Assembly: GCA_963667175.2 (NCBI GenBank)
Contig: CAXXXF010000016.1
Span: forward strand, 256,001 to 320,000
From: Candidatus Latescibacterota bacterium
GTDB taxonomy: Bacteria > Latescibacterota > UBA2968 > GCA-2709665
DNA length: 64,000 nt
Reading direction: 5' to 3'
Shown here in pieces: positions 9,751 through 19,300 of the stretch; the stretch's first letter is position 1, and every line of letters starts with the position of its first letter. The notes below the pieces were generated by a model. That model had not been told where the DNA came from, ran no database searches, and saw only the letters and a list, made by a program, of their open reading frames with translations. The translations under genes were made by a program, and so were the position numbers.

Positions 9751-10389
9751 GATGCCCTCCTTCAAGATAACGTCAGATATGGCTTCCGGCGCGAACACCA
9801 GCCCGCTCAGCACGGACATGCCGGCCACGTAATCTGCCCTGTCGGAATGAGCCATCGGCCGCGCGTTGGCCGTGTGGATGCATCGGCGTAGCCACGCGCC
9901 TGAAGCCATGCCTTCAGGCGGCTTCATCAACGGCGCAAACGCGATCAATCCGGCGTGTCCCGCATTGAGGACGCCCTGACCATCCAGATCACCCAACCGG
10001 ATAACTCTGTACTGAACGTGGACCCGGTGGCCGGGATACGATTGCAGATACGCTCCCGGATCCCGTTTCCCCGCGTCGGGACGCAAGTAGATGACACTGG
10101 AAAAAACCGGCACGCCGTGCCGCTCAATGGCGCGCCCTACGTAGCCGGCCATGCGCCGAGGCATGGGCGGATCGGTGCTGTCCGTCGTCTGAAATTCGTT
10201 GTGGACCAATGCCTCCCGGCCGTCGATACGGACGCGAATGACACTGTCCGCGTGACGCGTAGAGACCGTAGGCTGCTCCGTGTCAATGACTTCAAGAATC
10301 TCTACGTCATCTCGCCCGAGGGCAAAGCCGGCAAAGTCACCAGGATACGTTTGAATCAGGTGCTTGGAAATTGCGTCGAATTCTGCCAT
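9448..10389 (-). CDS. Rpn/YhgA-like PD-(D/E)xK nuclease (recombination-promoting nuclease family)
   Basis: FDAISKHL N-terminus, AD..HNEFQ catalytic motif, MPRRMAGY, VIYL, (GIEQ)n repeats and a VLEVRF C-terminal domain. Confidence 0.88.
   Translation of the reverse strand: MAEFDAISKHLIQTYPGDFAGFALGRDDVEILEVIDTEQPTVSTRHADSVIRVRIDGREALVHNEFQTTDSTDPPMPRRMAGYVGRAIERHGVPVFSSVIYLRPDAGKRDPGAYLQSYPGHRVHVQYRVIRLGDLDGQGVLNAGHAGLIAFAPLMKPPEGMASGAWLRRCIHTANARPMAHSDRADYVAGMSVLSGLVFAPEAISDVILKEGIMDLIRESSFAQYLTREAKEQGIEQGIERGIEQGIEQGIEQGLRDSILAVLEVRFNLPASHPLAARIETIDNVHRLKELLRSAVQVSSVEAFGHVLDQEQD
9628..9696 (-). repeat. 12-bp coding tandem repeat (GIEQ/GIER)
   Basis: EQGIEQGIERGIEQGIEQGIEQG in the Rpn C-terminus. 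Confidence 0.85.
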
Positions 10390-10437
10390 GCAGGATGCCC
10401 GGGGGACTTTGGGTGAGTAGGACGGCGCCGTGTAAAC

Positions 10438-10465
10438 AAGATACGGGATCAGGGCCGAAAGTCAA
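10438..10465 (-). promoter_or_regulatory. sigma70-like promoter of rpn
   Basis: Minus strand TTGACT-N16-TATCTT. Confidence 0.4.
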
Positions 10466-10756
10466 TTGCATCCTCGGAGATTTCCGTGAAATACAAGACA
10501 GGGAGCAAGTTCTCATTTCAATTGAATTGGCGCAAGCGTCAGATCGCGATTGGATCAATCAACTTCGGATTTTGTGCCGGTCTCTAAAATGAAGCGGGGC
10601 AACGCACCGCAAGGGTGTGTCGTCCCGTTGTGTCTTTACGGTGGATCGGCATACGAGAGGCGGAATCCAGCGATGATCCGTGACCGAGCTAAGGAACGCT
10701 GCGCACCTGACAGTTTGCGCTACGCCTCTGTGGATCTTCGCGGGTGCAGTACGCAA

Positions 10757-11043
10757 GTCGAGTCGTGATCGACAGGCGGCTGGTACCCCCGTCCGCGACA
10801 GAAGGCGGGCGCCCACAAGGGATGACCCTACACGAAAGGTAGCCGGAATTGTAGAAGTGCGTCCGTGACTCGAATCCCCTCCCGAAAACAAAGCCGGCGG
10901 TTCACGAACCGCCCCTACAAAGCAGGGGGGAGTGACAGAAGCGCGAAGGTACTACGTCCTCGTGACTCTCCGGGGGCGGCGGACAGATCGGGTTCTGGAC
11001 AGCGGCGACGTGTAGGGGCCTGCTGCAGGCAGGCCCCTACAAT
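10757..11043 (+). repeat. direct repeat copy 2 (~287 bp) containing three GTAG-type REP hairpins
   Basis: Aligns with 9043-9327; REPs at 10807-10831, 10896-10918 and 11012-11040. Confidence 0.85.
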
Positions 11044-11135
11044 GGCAGTCACATCAATGTTTGGTTTTCGTTTTCTTGCTTCAAGCTGACCGCTGATTGC
11101 TGACGGCTGCTTTTTCTTATTGCTGTTTTTTCCCC

Positions 11136-11921
11136 TCATCCCCGCGCGAGGTCGCGATACGCCCGGAAGAGATCCGCGTAATACGCCGTGAACATCCACC
11201 GATCGCCCACCCCCCGATCGGCGCTCCGCTCGGCTTCGGCCGACATATATCCGGCGTATCCTTTCTCGTGAAGCAACCGGAACAGCTCCCGGTACGGATA
11301 TCCCTGTCCGGCCAGGTCATGCATATGCACGTGATCCAGCCAGGGCCAGACCGTATCCAGAGCCTGCGCAACCGAACCGTCGACCACGTCCTCGGACACC
11401 GAGTTCCAGATCAGTCCGAAATTCTCGTGGTCCACCCGGTCGGCCACGGCCCGGCAGGCTTGCCAGTCGAATTCGCCGTGCAGTTCCAGACAGGGTTTGA
11501 CGCCTCTCGTTGCCCCGTACGCGCAGAGCTCCTGGAGTGCTTCGGCCACCTGGGCGATCGTCTTGTCTCTCGCCACTTCTTTGGGGAAGTTGTTCCCGAA
11601 GACCCTCACCCTGGGCGCCCCCAGGTCCGCCGCCAGGTCCATCCGCACCTTGGTCTGTTCGACCTGGTCCCGGAGGTCGGACGCGTCGACGTCGTGATAC
11701 CGGTTTCCCGTGGCGACGCTGATGATTTCGATGCCGGCCGCCCGGCAGTCGGCCACCGCCTGCCTGCGTTCGACGTCGTCAATTGACGCCTCCACCCCGT
11801 GTCCGTGACTCAGGTCCGTCCGGAATTCGACGCCCGCGACACCGTGATCGCTCAGCGTCTGCAGCAGGTCCTGTCGCGAAAGGTCCTTCAGAACGCCATA
11901 GGTCATCCAGGATAGTTTCAT
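11136..11921 (-). CDS. sugar phosphate isomerase/epimerase (TIM barrel)
   Basis: GVEFR, VRVFG, LELHG, HVHMHD and SAE motifs; GGAGAG RBS. Confidence 0.85.
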   Translation of the reverse strand: MKLSWMTYGVLKDLSRQDLLQTLSDHGVAGVEFRTDLSHGHGVEASIDDVERRQAVADCRAAGIEIISVATGNRYHDVDASDLRDQVEQTKVRMDLAADLGAPRVRVFGNNFPKEVARDKTIAQVAEALQELCAYGATRGVKPCLELHGEFDWQACRAVADRVDHENFGLIWNSVSEDVVDGSVAQALDTVWPWLDHVHMHDLAGQGYPYRELFRLLHEKGYAGYMSAEAERSADRGVGDRWMFTAYYADLFRAYRDLARG

Positions 11922-11969
11922 TTACGACTCTCCTCTAAGGTGATAGAGCGACCGTAACCGCGGCTCACG

Positions 11970-12695
11970 TCAGACCACCGGCTCCTTGCCGATCCTTGCA
12001 AAACCCTCCGCGTACCGGCAGTCGTTCATCCCGGCCATATGCTGCGCCTCTATGGCGCGGTACCGGTTCAGAACGGTATAGACTTCCGGCAAGGGCGGCT
12101 GCGCGGCGAGTTTCTTCAAGGCTTCGATCTTTTGTTCGAATACCGATGAAATATCCACGTACAGATCGGGGACGAATCCGGAGACCGGCGACGTCCCCAT
12201 CGTGGTTTCGTAGCAGACGACGAGCGGGCGCTCGCAGGGAGCGTCGGCGGTCTTGATTCCCCCCGCGTTGCAATAGGAACACGCCCACAGCACGGCCTGC
12301 GTGGTCTCCACGTGGTCCGGATGCATCACGTCGTTGATCCAGTGACTCAGCACGAGGTCCGGCCCGAACCGTCGCACCGCCTCGAGTAGCTGCAGCCGGC
12401 GGTCGGGGCCGACCACCAGCGGACTGTCGCCGAAGTCGAAACAGTCGATGCCGGCGCCCAGGATCTCCGCGGCGGCCTCAAACTCCTCCCTGCGCCTCGC
12501 CTTGACGTCCTCCAGCGTCCGGTTCGGGTCCTCCGCCCACAGCGCCGGCGATTCGCAGCGTTCTCCAAAGGTCAGATTATGCACGTGTACCGTACCGCCG
12601 GCATTGACGAAACGGATGATGGCGCCCCCCGCTCGCGAGCAGAAGTCCGCCGCGTGAGCGCTGAAGACCAGAACCCGCATTCCCTCCCGGATCAT
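11970..12695 (-). CDS. PIG-L/LmbE-family metalloenzyme, GalB (4-oxalomesaconate hydratase)-like
   Basis: SAHAADFCSRAGGAI, TFGERCES..LW, RREEFEAAAEILGA and HPDH. Confidence 0.75.
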   Translation of the reverse strand: MIREGMRVLVFSAHAADFCSRAGGAIIRFVNAGGTVHVHNLTFGERCESPALWAEDPNRTLEDVKARRREEFEAAAEILGAGIDCFDFGDSPLVVGPDRRLQLLEAVRRFGPDLVLSHWINDVMHPDHVETTQAVLWACSYCNAGGIKTADAPCERPLVVCYETTMGTSPVSGFVPDLYVDISSVFEQKIEALKKLAAQPPLPEVYTVLNRYRAIEAQHMAGMNDCRYAEGFARIGKEPVV

Positions 12696-12744
12696 TGCGT
12701 TTTCCCCCGTCATTCCCAACGTTCCGCTTCGGTCTGCGCGTCTG

Positions 12745-13497
12745 CTACGTCTCCTGACCGTATTCGGGCAGCGTTCCATCGTCTTCCGGTGTATATCCGA
12801 GCATTTCCCGTGCGTTGGACAGGTCCCATTTCTTCTCACAGCCGCCCGACGCCCCGTAGAAGATCCCGAACGACACATGATCCGACTCGATGGACCTCCG
12901 GACCAGTTGCGCCAGATCCCTCGGACTCAGCCAGCGGGAACACCCGGGCTCATACCGCTGTCCCGGAACGTCCTCGCCATTGAAATTTGCCACCCGAAGG
13001 CAGATCACACGGATTCCGTGCCGGTCCGCGTAAACCCTGCCGAGGGCTTCGCCAAGGGCCTTTCCCGCGCCGTAAACGCCATCCGGCCGTACCGGGCTTT
13101 CCGGGGTCGAAACAAGCCCTTCTTTCTCGTACAACCCGGTCACGTGGTTGGTGCTTGCGAAAACGACCGCGGGCACCTCATTCATTCGCGCAGCCTCGAG
13201 AATGTTGTACACGCCCGGGATATCGACGTCCAGGGTGGCCTTCGCCACGTCTTCCGGCGTCATCCCACCCCATCTCCGGATGGCCAGATGCACGATCGCG
13301 TCGACGCCGGTGGCGGCCTGGACCATGGCGGCGCCGTCGGCCACGCTGCCTACGACCACCTGGTCGTCCGGATGCGCGTCATCGGGCGCCGTTGTGTGCA
13401 GCAGGAGCCGGAATCGGTATCGCTCTCTCAGACGGGACCGGATAGACGTCCCGAGCGAACCGGCCGCGCCGGTCAGGAATATCCGCTTCTTCCGCAT
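12745..13497 (-). CDS. NAD-dependent epimerase/dehydrogenase, uronate dehydrogenase-like
   Basis: TGAAGSLG, FASTNHVTG, RPDGVYGAGK, WLSPRD and LGYTPED. Confidence 0.8.
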   Translation of the reverse strand: MRKKRIFLTGAAGSLGTSIRSRLRERYRFRLLLHTTAPDDAHPDDQVVVGSVADGAAMVQAATGVDAIVHLAIRRWGGMTPEDVAKATLDVDIPGVYNILEAARMNEVPAVVFASTNHVTGLYEKEGLVSTPESPVRPDGVYGAGKALGEALGRVYADRHGIRVICLRVANFNGEDVPGQRYEPGCSRWLSPRDLAQLVRRSIESDHVSFGIFYGASGGCEKKWDLSNAREMLGYTPEDDGTLPEYGQET

Positions 13498-13772
13498 AGC
13501 GCGTGCGGACCCCCCCGCTGTGGTTGATCGAAGAACACTGAATCCAACTTTCGTGCGGCCTCAATGAAGGGAAGATGACAGCCAGGTACGGAAATCAGTC
13601 GATCGCGTGGGACCGGAAGCGTCGTGAAAAAGACCGACACGATACGGATCCTGAAGATAGCGCGCCCGTCCCGAAAACGCAAACCCGATTCATCCGGGAG
13701 GGTCTTGAATTCGGATTCGTTTCTGTATATCTTAACAGTCCGACAGACTCCGTCCCTCTCCCCGGAGGCAAC

Positions 13773-14543
13773 GTGACGCCGATCGACATCCCGTGGCTTC
13801 TCAGCATCGTCGGGAAGGCCGGAGAAATCGCCCTTTCCCACTTCGGCAGGACGAAGGGGACCCTCAAGTCGGACAATTCCTGGGTAACCCAGGCGGACCT
13901 GGACGTGGAGGCCTATCTCAGGAAGGAGCTCGCTTCGACGTTTCCGGACGATGCCGTACTCGGCGAAGAGGGCGACGACCCGCGGCCGACGTCATCGAAC
14001 GTGTGGGCGATCGATCCGATCGACGGTACGCGGGCATTCAACCACGGCCTGCCCGTCTGGGGCGTCTCGATCGGCCTGCTTGTAAACGGCCGGCCGGCGG
14101 CGGGCGCCTTCACTCTTCCCGTGCTGGGCGACGTGTATCATACCGACGGCGAAACCGCCTTCTACAACGGCGCTCGGCTCGCGCCGCCGGCGTCCGCCTG
14201 GGATGCCAACGCCCTGCTGCTGGTCAGCGAGCGCGCATTCAAACGTCTCAGGATCGACTACCCGGGCAAGACCCTCAGCCTCGGGTCGGCCGCCGCGCAC
14301 CTCTGTTACGTCGCGCGCGGCTCGGCTGTGGGCGCGTTCGACCATGCCTCCGTCTGGGACTACGCCGCCGGCGCGGCCATCCTGCAAGTACTGGGTGTCC
14401 GCCTTCGGTATCTTTCAGGAAGGACCGTGGACTTCGAGGAGTTATTCAGCTTGAAGGATGCGCCTGAACCCACGCTCGCAGCGCCCGACGTCCACTTCAA
14501 CCCCCTCCAGGATGCATTCCAGTCCGCGGAAGGATCGCCGTAG
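13773..14543 (+). CDS. inositol monophosphatase family protein
   Basis: VTQAD, GEE, DPIDGT and WDYAAG; GTG start with GGAGG RBS. Confidence 0.9.
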   Translation: MTPIDIPWLLSIVGKAGEIALSHFGRTKGTLKSDNSWVTQADLDVEAYLRKELASTFPDDAVLGEEGDDPRPTSSNVWAIDPIDGTRAFNHGLPVWGVSIGLLVNGRPAAGAFTLPVLGDVYHTDGETAFYNGARLAPPASAWDANALLLVSERAFKRLRIDYPGKTLSLGSAAAHLCYVARGSAVGAFDHASVWDYAAGAAILQVLGVRLRYLSGRTVDFEELFSLKDAPEPTLAAPDVHFNPLQDAFQSAEGSP

Positions 14544-14600
14544 TTTCCCTTTCGATTCAGAAGCAGGAACCAACGTGGATGTACAGGATCGACCGGAAAA

Positions 14601-15359
14601 CTAATCCGATATTCCGTAGATTCTCGCCAGGTTCTCGCCGAAAATCAGCCGTTCGGCGTCCGTCCCCAACTCCAGCCTCCGGATGGCCCGCTTCACCTGG
14701 ATGGGCCGGTATTCCGGAAGGTTGGAACCGAAGACCACCCGCTCCGGCCCCAGCTCCCTCACCGCCGTTCCGACTTCCACCGGTACGGCCTCTTCCGGGT
14801 TGTCCGCCCACCGCTTGTGAAAGCGCAGAACGGTCGTGCCCATGTATACGTTTTCGCATTGCCGGCACACCGCCATAGCGGCGTCGAAATGGTCCGGGAA
14901 ACCCATGTGGTCCAGGATAACGGCGGTGTCGGGAACGCGCTCCGCAATCGCTGCCGCCCGGTCCGCGCTGCAGTTTTCCACACCCGTATGGATCGAAACG
15001 ACAATGCCAAGCTCCTGTGCGGCATCCGCGAACGGATAGACCATCGGATCGTCCACCTCGAACCGGTGGATCGCGCCCATCAGCTTCATACCCTTCGCGC
15101 CCCGGGACACGTAACTCCTGAGTTGCGCAACGCCCTCCGCCCCCAGGTGGGGATCCATCATGACACACGGCAGCAGATTCGGGTGTCCCGCGGTCCGTTT
15201 CAGCAAGCCATCGTTGTCCGGATCCTCCCTTGCGTCCGGCATCACCACCGCCAGGTCGATCCCCGCCTCCGCTTCGCACTCCAACAACGCGGCTACCGTC
15301 ATGGGGCGCCCGTACCAGTCCTCCGCCAGGTAGGCTTCGAAATCTGCGGTTATTGCCAT
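14601..15359 (-). CDS. amidohydrolase family protein (Amidohydro_2)
   Basis: KGMKL, SIHTG, ILDHMG and VFGSN.P; the N-terminal HxH and C-terminal Asp are non-canonical. Confidence 0.8.
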   Translation of the reverse strand: MAITADFEAYLAEDWYGRPMTVAALLECEAEAGIDLAVVMPDAREDPDNDGLLKRTAGHPNLLPCVMMDPHLGAEGVAQLRSYVSRGAKGMKLMGAIHRFEVDDPMVYPFADAAQELGIVVSIHTGVENCSADRAAAIAERVPDTAVILDHMGFPDHFDAAMAVCRQCENVYMGTTVLRFHKRWADNPEEAVPVEVGTAVRELGPERVVFGSNLPEYRPIQVKRAIRRLELGTDAERLIFGENLARIYGISD

Positions 15360-15398
15360 GGAATGACCTCCTTAACCCGCTAAGCCGGGACCCGGCGC

Positions 15399-16223
15399 TC
15401 AGCCCAGTTGCAACGCCCGCCACCGGTCGTACGCCGGGCGCATCCGTTCCGGAAGAAATCCCCGGACGTTGTCCGCAAGCATCCACTTCACGCGCCCGTC
15501 CGTCTCCTGGGGCTCCTCTTCTGGATAGTGTTTCTGCCAGCTCCCTGCCAATGTCAATCTTTCGGGCGCAGTATTGTAAATCCCCCGATGGACCGTATTG
15601 CCGTTCCAGAAAATCGTCTGACCCGCCTTGAGCTCCATCACTTCTTGCGTTGAAATGTCAGCGTGCCGATTCTTCAGCAGTCGGTCCCGTTCCTCATCGG
15701 TCCGGTACCGTCTGTGGCTGCCCGGCACCAGCTGCAGGCAGGAATCGTCGACCAGCGCCAGGTGCCACTTCAAGGACGCCAACGGACGGTTGAGAATTTC
15801 CATCTCCACCTCGTAGGCGCCGTCCCGTTCGTTCTTTCCGAAATCCCGGTGCCAGCCACCGCTCCAATCCTCCTCGTCGGGCGACGTAAAGATGAGCACC
15901 CCGCCCAACCGCAATTCGCTGCCCAGCAGGGGCTCCACGTATTGCATCACGTGTTGCGACGACAGATAATCCGCAAAAATCGGTTCGTCGAATTCCGGGG
16001 CGAACAGGCCCCTGATCGCCCACGGCTCACCGCTCGGGGTCCGGTGTGTGAAGATCTCCACCTCACCGGAACGCGCCTTTGCCTTCACGCGCCGCGTCGC
16101 ATCCAGAAGCGGCGCCATCTTATCCGGATCGACCGCATCGTCTACGATAAAGTAACCCTGTGTCTCGTACTGATCCTTTACTTCCTCCAAATCCACCATA
16201 CGCATCCTCCAATCCTGGTCCAA
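15399..16223 (-). CDS. phytanoyl-CoA dioxygenase (PhyH) family Fe/2OG enzyme
   Basis: WHRD, LVPGSH, VHRG and R motifs. Confidence 0.88.
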   Translation of the reverse strand: MDQDWRMRMVDLEEVKDQYETQGYFIVDDAVDPDKMAPLLDATRRVKAKARSGEVEIFTHRTPSGEPWAIRGLFAPEFDEPIFADYLSSQHVMQYVEPLLGSELRLGGVLIFTSPDEEDWSGGWHRDFGKNERDGAYEVEMEILNRPLASLKWHLALVDDSCLQLVPGSHRRYRTDEERDRLLKNRHADISTQEVMELKAGQTIFWNGNTVHRGIYNTAPERLTLAGSWQKHYPEEEPQETDGRVKWMLADNVRGFLPERMRPAYDRWRALQLG

Positions 16224-16320
16224 TGAGGTTCATCTCGGGAACTTGCGCCGAAACGCGTGAGCGTGAGTCCGACATTCGTCCAACACGGCGGCGAAGATCG
16301 CTGGAAATTACTACCTGTGC

Positions 16321-19300
16321 TCACCACTCCTTCTTCCAGAAAATCCCGAGTGACTTCCGATCGCGTTCCCGTTCGTTGCCCTCTCTCTGCTGCGCCTCCA
16401 GCGTCACCTGGGGCAACAGTTCGTATTCCACGACGACCTCCCGCCCCCTCGCCTCGGAAACGTCCTGCGCGTAGCTGACGAAGAACCGGGAGCCGAAATA
16501 CTTGCCAGCCCGCACCCGCGTTGCAGCGTCGCCCGTACCCAGGTCGATCTCGACGACGTCCAGATTCAGGCGCCGGCCGATCGTACGTTTCAACCGGTTC
16601 GCCGCGACGCCCAGCACAAGCCCCGCGGCACGACCCTCCAGGCGGCGACCGTCTTCGCCTTCCCCGCGCATCAAGACGGAAACGTCCTCGGCCGGCCTTC
16701 CGATCAACAGATACGAAAGGATGTCCGCTTCGTCCAGAGGCGGCGTCACGTCGCTTTCAAGGGAAATACTCGGTTCAACGATCGTGCCTCCCACAACGAC
16801 GCTGATCACCGCGTTTTCGCCGGATACCAACCTGATCCTGCGCGTTGCGATGACGTAGAGTTCCGGATTGATATCCGGACTGCCCCGGAAGTTGATTTCC
16901 CCGCGGTCGATCGCGAAACTGGTATTCTGAAACTCGTACCGGCCCTGCCGGCTGTCGAGGGCCCCGAAGAGCCTGATTCCCTCCTTGTCCTTCAAGAGAT
17001 CCACGTCTCCCGAAATCTCGACGTTCAGCTCCCTGTCGCGAATCCAGACGTTTCGAGCGGCCGAAACCCGGACGTCGCAGTTCAGATTCCGTACGAACGG
17101 CGACGTGATCCAGCCCACGTCGGTGGGGTATTCCATGAAGTCGGACAGCCTGAGTACGGCGCGGGTCAGCGCCACACTGCCCTCCATCCGCCCGGCGTTC
17201 GCGTCGCCCTTCAATTGAAGATCGGCGCGAAGGGCGGCCTTGAGTCCGGGAAGGTCGATCGCCTCGAACCCGTTCGCCTTCAAGGTCACGTCATAGCTTT
17301 CCAATGCCAGTCTATCCAACGTGATCTCGCCGCTCAGCGCGAATCCGGTCTTCTCCCGGCCGGATTCAAAGCGTTCGACGACGACCCGGTTCCCGTCGAA
17401 ACTCAGATCGGCCTCCACGTCTTCGATGGTCGTATTGAGAGGCGCGATCCGGGCTGCTCCATCGCGTAGCCTCAGCCATCCGCGCTGAATCAGACGCCGC
17501 GGCGTCCCTTCCACGGTCACGTCGACAGCCAGAACCCCCGCCGCGCCCCGGACCTCCTCCAGCGCGTCGGGAAGCATGCTCAGATCGACGCCGTCGGATT
17601 TCACCGAGACGCGAACGTCTCCATCGGGGAGGCGGAATTCGCGTTCCTCCGGCGTTACGTACAACGGGAACCGTCCCTTTAGCGACACGCTGCGGCCGGG
17701 GGACTGCACCAGGCTGAATTCCATCTCGGCGCGACGGTCTCCGTACACCAGAGACCCCGAGAACGCCTGAAACCGAACGCCGACGATTTCCCCCATCCTG
17801 ACGTCCAACACGGATTTTATTTTCGGATCATCCGGCGTGCCGGCCAGAGTGACGTGCCCACCAAGCGTCCCGAGCATCCCGCGGCCCAACCCCGTCAGTA
17901 ACGACCAGGTCTTCAAATCCACGTCGTCCAGCCGAACCGTCACGCCGGCAGATTCTCCGGTATGCCCGCTGGCTCGGATCCTGCCGGCGTCGCCGACCAG
18001 GGTGAACCGATCCACCGAGACGCCGTCGCCGGGGAGATATCTGATCCGACTGGGGCCGCCGCTCAGCACAGACGCGTCGTCCGTGCGAACGACAAGCGAA
18101 TCCAGGCCGAGCCAATACGCCCCGCCGGACGAACCGGCGCGCCCACGCAGATGAAGGACGTCGACGTCGTCCGTGCTACCGCCCAGCGTGAACGACGCTC
18201 CGGCTTCATCGAGGACCAGGTCCAGCGATGCGTTCCGAAAGACCCGCCCGCGCCACAAGACCGAATCCGCCCGGACGCGGGCGTCGCGCCCCGTCAGTCC
18301 ATGCAGGCGCGTTCCCAGTGCCGCGCCATGAGCCCGGACGTCGTCCCGATAGTTCAGCACGCCGGCCGCCAGGTTCGCGCGGACAACCGGCTTGTCCCAG
18401 GCGCCGACAATCCGGGCGGCCAACGACGCGGGACTGCCTGAGATTCCCCATCCCGACAGACGGCTCAACGCTTCGAAATCATATACCTGCCCCGTCGCGC
18501 GAATTTCGACGCTGTCGCCCGGGACGGCCCAACCGCTACCTTCGACCGTCACGGTTGTGCCGGCCAGGAAAAACCGCTCCAGGATCGTCCGCCGTCCCCG
18601 CTGCGCCACCCTCACCCTCGCGCTGTCCAGGCTGCCTCCGAGAAAGCGCGACGCCTCCACGGCGACGTCCGCGCTGGCTGCAATTGAATCCGGATGAAAG
18701 CCCTCGCCGTTCAATCGAAATTGCAGCGAAGCGCCTTCCAGGAGGTCCGTGCGGCCTAACAGCCGATCCACGGCCAAGCCGTCCAACCGCAGTTTCGCCC
18801 GGTAGGTGGGGGGGTTCCCTTCCGGTTTCCCGAACCGTCCCAGATCGACGCGCCCTTCACCCGTGATCACGCCCAGTCCTACCGGCAGTCGCACGGACAT
18901 GCTATCGAGCCTCACGACCCCTTCCCGGAACGACCCCCGAAACGCGAGACCCGTTGCGGCAGGCAGTCCTTCGATATTCAGGACATCGATCCTGGCGTCG
19001 CCTCGCCAGACCCGATCGGCCGCCCGCTTCAGCCAGAACGCCCCCGTGAGGTCGGCGCCGTCCGGAAAATGCCGCGACAACCTGGCAGGTTCCAGGCGTA
19101 CGAAGCGCGTCCTCAAGTCATAGCCCGGATCCCTCGAGATCCGGTTGACGTCGAGCCTGGCGTCCAGCTCGCCGGCCTCACCCTCCGCCTCTATGCTGAT
19201 CAGGAGCTTGTCGTTGTTCAACGACGCGGCCAGGTCCGCCGTATCGACGACCGTGCCATATAGTTGCGCGCGGGCGATGCCCCCGAGGACGGTCACGTCT

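Noticed and set aside
10595-10627. Hairpin with G-U pairs and a GCAA-containing loop upstream of rpn
   Set aside because: A single hairpin with no recognisable ncRNA family context; insufficient to call.
9043-11043. REP hairpins as a possible CRISPR array
   Set aside because: The repeats are non-identical, the spacers are duplicated rather than unique, spacing is irregular and there are no cas genes.
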